IMG/VR virus record: IMGVR_UViG_3300025109_000005
Reading direction: 5' to 3' (one strand)
From: an uncultured virus (IMG/VR IMGVR_UViG_3300025109_000005)
Lineage: Duplodnaviria > Heunggongvirae > Uroviricota > Caudoviricetes
DNA length: 20,000 nt
Below the pieces are notes generated by a model. That model worked only from the letters and a program-made list of their open reading frames with translations, was not told the DNA's origin and did no database searches. A program made the translations under genes and the position numbers. Positions 17,027 to 20,000 of the stretch are shown here, piece after piece. Position 1 is the first letter of the stretch. Each line of letters begins with the position of its first letter.

Positions 17027-17425
17027 TGGTACACCTGGCGGTATCATGGTGTACCAGTCGAAAAGCCAAGGAAGAACCTGGGTTATCACCCGTTGAACCT
17101 ACCCTGCGTGTGACCCGAAGTGGTACCGCCCCGATCTAGGTAGAACCTGGGTTATCGGGCGGTGGTACACCTGGTACACCATTTTTACAGTACATAGACG
17201 TATATGAGAGAACTGCTTGCGGTTGGGGGTCTACTAATTTCATCCGTGTTGGTATCGTATCTGTTTGTACTCACTCCAAGCCTACTACAACCGTGAGCGC
17301 TGACCCTATGACCTGTTCTCAGAGGTGTACCAAGTGTACCAAGTGTACCAGTGATTTAATTGCTTCCTGATCCCAGTGCTTTAGAGTGTGACCGCAGACG
17401 GAATGTCGGGTCACAGGTGGTACCA
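17027..17425. repeat. Convergent octamer iteron array, putative replication origin
   Basis: TGGTACAC at 17027, 17163, 17172; reverse complement GTGTACCA at 17049, 17325, 17334, 17343; TGGTACC at 17121 and TGGTACCA at 17418; 15-bp direct repeat AGAACCTGGGTTATC at 17073 and 17142; no convincing ORF. Confidence 0.75.
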
Positions 17426-17449
17426 GTGTTTTCGTGTTAATATATCGAC

Positions 17450-17989
17450 ATGTCAGACGAAATAATCGACATGACGGACGAGGTGTCACCGCTGTCCCAG
17501 CCGCTTGAGCTGGTTCCGAGTACGACCGTGGAGCCGACGGAGCCAGAAGTGGTCGGTATGATCATCGAAGAGGCGCAGTTTGCGAGCGAGATCGAACGTC
17601 AGGCTGCTGCGATCCGTCTCCTCGAGGCAGGATATACGATCCGTGTGGTTGCCAGGAAATTAAGTATGCGGCCTTCAACGCTCTGGAGGTGGGCCCAGAG
17701 CGAGGATGCACGCGATGCGATGGAGAAAGGGCGTCAATTACGCGCACAAAAGATCGGCCAGGAGCTTGAACACGCAGCCGAGTGCGCAATTACGACATTA
17801 ATTGACGTGTCTGCAGACGATGCAGTTAATCCGAGGGACCGAGTGCGCGCCTCGGAGGCGATATTAGACCGGTGCGGCATGGCAAATGTCGCAAATAACG
17901 ACATTAACACTGTCGCTGTCGCTGTTGACATCGACTTTGACGAGCGATTGGCCAGGATAGTGGCCGGATCGCGCCCGCAGGAGAAATAA
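17450..17989 (+). CDS. HTH protein, terminase small subunit-like
   Basis: HTH QAAAIRLLEAGYTIRVVARKLSMRPSTLWRW followed by AITTL...DRVRASEAILDRCG, a pattern typical of TerS-like phage proteins. Confidence 0.65.
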   Translation: MSDEIIDMTDEVSPLSQPLELVPSTTVEPTEPEVVGMIIEEAQFASEIERQAAAIRLLEAGYTIRVVARKLSMRPSTLWRWAQSEDARDAMEKGRQLRAQKIGQELEHAAECAITTLIDVSADDAVNPRDRVRASEAILDRCGMANVANNDINTVAVAVDIDFDERLARIVAGSRPQEK

Positions 17990-18267
17990 TGCACGGATCC
18001 TGTCCCCCCGGCGCACACGATGCGCTAATTAATGCGCGCATGGACGCCGGACACCCGGATTTCACCGGTCCGACCCTCATTATCGCGAAGAAACAGGCGA
18101 TGGAGGGGCCAGAGGCCGAGTCTGCGCCCCAGGAAGCCGGTAAAAGCGCCGATCAGCTCCGGCAGATGGCCTCAGACCTCCTCGAGACTGCCGCAGAGCA
18201 GTCAGCACGCGCTGACGAGCTCAATGCGCTGGCTGATTCGCTTGATCAGCCCCAGCACGCCGAGTAG
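17989..18267 (+). CDS. Hypothetical protein with C-terminal coiled coil (92 aa)
   Basis: TAATG coupling, AGGAG RBS. Confidence 0.6.
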   Translation: MHGSCPPGAHDALINARMDAGHPDFTGPTLIIAKKQAMEGPEAESAPQEAGKSADQLRQMASDLLETAAEQSARADELNALADSLDQPQHAE

Positions 18268-18271
18268 TACA

Positions 18272-18327
18272 GAGAAAACGGCGCCCCGCCGACTCGCACA
18301 AGGGGTAAAGGCGAACCTGCGGGGCGC
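18272..18327 (-). terminator. Stem-loop between convergent genes, probable terminator of the leftward block
   Basis: GCGCCCCGC (18281-18289) / GCGGGGCGC (18319-18327) with inner TCGC/GCGA pair; followed by GTTTTCT on the minus strand. Confidence 0.55.
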
Positions 18328-18382
18328 ACGAGTAGTTTGACTGGTCCAATCCCCGGACCACCACCAATCTACTCTGGCGTTA

Positions 18383-18787
18383 TCATGCTGTCAAGCGTAC
18401 CAACGTCCCGTCGAGCACACCCCGGAGTACCGCCCGGACTTCGTCCATGTCTACCCGGAAGACCAGGTCGTCCGACTCGGCCTGGAGGCGCTCGGCTGTC
18501 TCGAGTGCGCTGGTTAGCGCCCGGCGCTCCGACTGGTCCGCCGCACCGTAGTGCTCCCGGCGATCCCGGCTCACCCGGAGCGCATCGTGCGCGTCGTAGA
18601 CGTCCGCCCGGTCCGTGTACCGGCGGTACTCGTACCTGTCGAGCTGGGTGTAGATGAGGTCATCCGTGTCGGTGATGATCTCGTTGACCCTGTTGTCGTC
18701 GTCGTACTGGTGCTCGTGGCGCACCATCTCTTCGGCCTGACTGACGAGCCAGCTAAGGGTATCGAGTGGGACGGTTACTTCTCGCAT
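18383..18787 (-). CDS. Hypothetical helical protein (134 aa, start MREVTV)
   Basis: AAGGGGAG RBS before ATG 18787. Confidence 0.65.
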   Translation of the reverse strand: MREVTVPLDTLSWLVSQAEEMVRHEHQYDDDNRVNEIITDTDDLIYTQLDRYEYRRYTDRADVYDAHDALRVSRDRREHYGAADQSERRALTSALETAERLQAESDDLVFRVDMDEVRAVLRGVLDGTLVRLTA

Positions 18788-18848
18788 GCTTGCTCCCCTT
18801 GATTGAGCGTACGAACCCGACTTCACGCCGGGGCGCTCTGATTTAATG

Positions 18849-19100
18849 TTAATGAGTCTTGAGGCCGGAGTCAAGCCAACTGGCGGGGTAATCCGCCGGC
18901 TCTGCATAGCGCCACCGGAGTACCGTGAGCCCGGCAGCGTTTGACAGCCACCCGGGCACGTCCTGGTCGTTGAGATCTGCGGGAACCGAGCGCCATTCTT
19001 CCCGTGTTGGCGCTGACCACTTACCGGTCATGACGTATCGGGAGTACGGGCTCATGGCTACCCGGCTCAGGTTAAATGTGACAATTACGTCTCTCATCAC
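18849..19100 (-). CDS. Hypothetical protein (83 aa)
   Basis: GTGA overlap with upstream gene stop. Confidence 0.55.
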   Translation of the reverse strand: MMRDVIVTFNLSRVAMSPYSRYVMTGKWSAPTREEWRSVPADLNDQDVPGWLSNAAGLTVLRWRYAEPADYPASWLDSGLKTH

Positions 19101-19621
19101 TCTTCCCCGAACTCGGCGTGGTACTCGGCGTAGGCGTCCAGCACGTCCTGCCGCACCGCATCCACGTCATCGTGGCTCTCGTACGTGCGCTCGCTGCTGG
19201 CTTCCCAGTCGCTGCCGTCCCAGGCGATGCAGCCCGCCCCCACGCTGCGGATGCGGGTCGTCAGGGGCAGGGCATCGAGCGCCTCCCTGGAGGGGTCGTG
19301 GTAGTAGAGCCGCCGTCCGTCCGCGAGGACGAGCCAGACGTGCTCCAGGCTGTACTTGTCGATGGCGCGTAGCGCACCGCTCAGAGGCGCGATGCCGATG
19401 TGATCGAGGAAGCTCTTGATCGTGTTCACGGGGCAGGGCATGTGGCCCTCCTTGTAGCAGTTGGGGTTGCCGTACTCCCCGCACTCGGGGCACTCGGGGC
19501 AGGTGCAGGCGCTGTCTGGGTCGGGGTGGTCGGGCCACCCCCGGCAGACCGCGCACTCGGGGTCATCGTCGTAGGGGGTGCCGCTGCACCCCGCCGGATA
19601 GGACCATCCGAAGTTACTCAT
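19097..19621 (-). CDS. Hypothetical protein with N-terminal Cys-rich zinc-binding region (174 aa, start MSNFGW)
   Basis: CAVC...CTCPECPECG...C; GGGGAG RBS, ATGA overlap. Confidence 0.7.
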   Translation of the reverse strand: MSNFGWSYPAGCSGTPYDDDPECAVCRGWPDHPDPDSACTCPECPECGEYGNPNCYKEGHMPCPVNTIKSFLDHIGIAPLSGALRAIDKYSLEHVWLVLADGRRLYYHDPSREALDALPLTTRIRSVGAGCIAWDGSDWEASSERTYESHDDVDAVRQDVLDAYAEYHAEFGEE

Positions 19622-19869
19622 ACCCACTCCCCATCGGTTTCCTTGTTGGTGTGTGTTGCGCTGTCTGCGATCCACTCGGTGTCGTCCAGAGCTGCGCTGG
19701 AACCGGCGCAGTCGTCGTGGTCGATGATGAATTCATCGGAGTCTGACCAGTCTTGTCCGTTATTCATCCAATCCAGTGCGCGTTCCTTCGCCTCATCCTC
19801 CGACGATGCCACGACGGTGACCTCATTTACTGCGGTACGTGTGCGGGTTATTGTGACCACGAATTCCAT
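19618..19869 (-). CDS. Small acidic phage protein, DpnD/PcfM-like (83 aa)
   Basis: FVVTITRT...VTVVASSEDEAKERA pattern; AAGGGGAG RBS. Confidence 0.6.
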   Translation of the reverse strand: MEFVVTITRTRTAVNEVTVVASSEDEAKERALDWMNNGQDWSDSDEFIIDHDDCAGSSAALDDTEWIADSATHTNKETDGEWV

Positions 19870-19894
19870 GGCGGCTCCCCTTGTTGGTGTATTC

Positions 19895-19923
19895 AATCTA
19901 TACCGTGTTGGTTGTTCGTGCAA
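19895..19923 (-). promoter_or_regulatory. Leftward sigma70-type promoter
   Basis: Minus strand TTGCAC (19923-19918), 17 nt, TAGATT (19900-19895), AT-rich upstream. Confidence 0.65.
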
Positions 19924-20000
19924 GTTTTATTCGCTTGGCTACCGGTCCGGCGGGCCTCCGGTCCGGTCCGGCTGGCCTGCCGGCGCGCACAGCTCACCGG

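Noticed and set aside
16840..17139. 99-aa + strand ORF
   Set aside because: Overlaps the leftward promoter and iterons, with no clear RBS; likely non-coding
17027..17425. Repeats as a mini-CRISPR array
   Set aside because: Units are 8-15 bp, in both orientations and irregularly spaced
12591..18267. Calling the element a PICI/satellite
   Set aside because: Its own DNA polymerase, large recombination module, multiple early-type cassettes and lack of an integrase in the window fit a full phage better

Overview
GC-rich (about 60%) tailed-phage DNA, with no integrase, tRNA/rRNA or CRISPR array recognised. (1) 77-14633, rightward replication/recombination module: SNF2-type helicase; a Mom-like DNA-modification domain read in-frame into a Cas4/AddB-like PD-(D/E)XK nuclease; Sak4-like ATPase; SSB-like protein; family-4 UDG + 3'-5' exonuclease + family-A DNA polymerase fusion; a small possible NDT-fold protein; Rad50/SbcC-like ATPase; stand-alone NrdR-type zinc ribbon; a capsid-decoration-like gene; and a DUF927 (Cch/SaPI-Rep-like) helicase. 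(2) Two leftward blocks of small, often Cys-rich genes (14636-16853 and 18383-19869), each headed by a related sigma70-type promoter. (3) Between them, a non-coding region with convergent TGGTACAC iterons (likely origin), then a TerS-like HTH gene. Most notable: the polymerase keeps its catalytic Asp residues but carries several substitutions at normally invariant nucleotide-selection positions (steric-gate Glu to His, minor-groove Gln to Leu, YG to YW). It shares a module with UDG, Mom-like and NDT-like domains, which suggests a possible non-canonical-nucleotide or DNA-modification system. All family calls come from motif recognition by eye; no searches were run.
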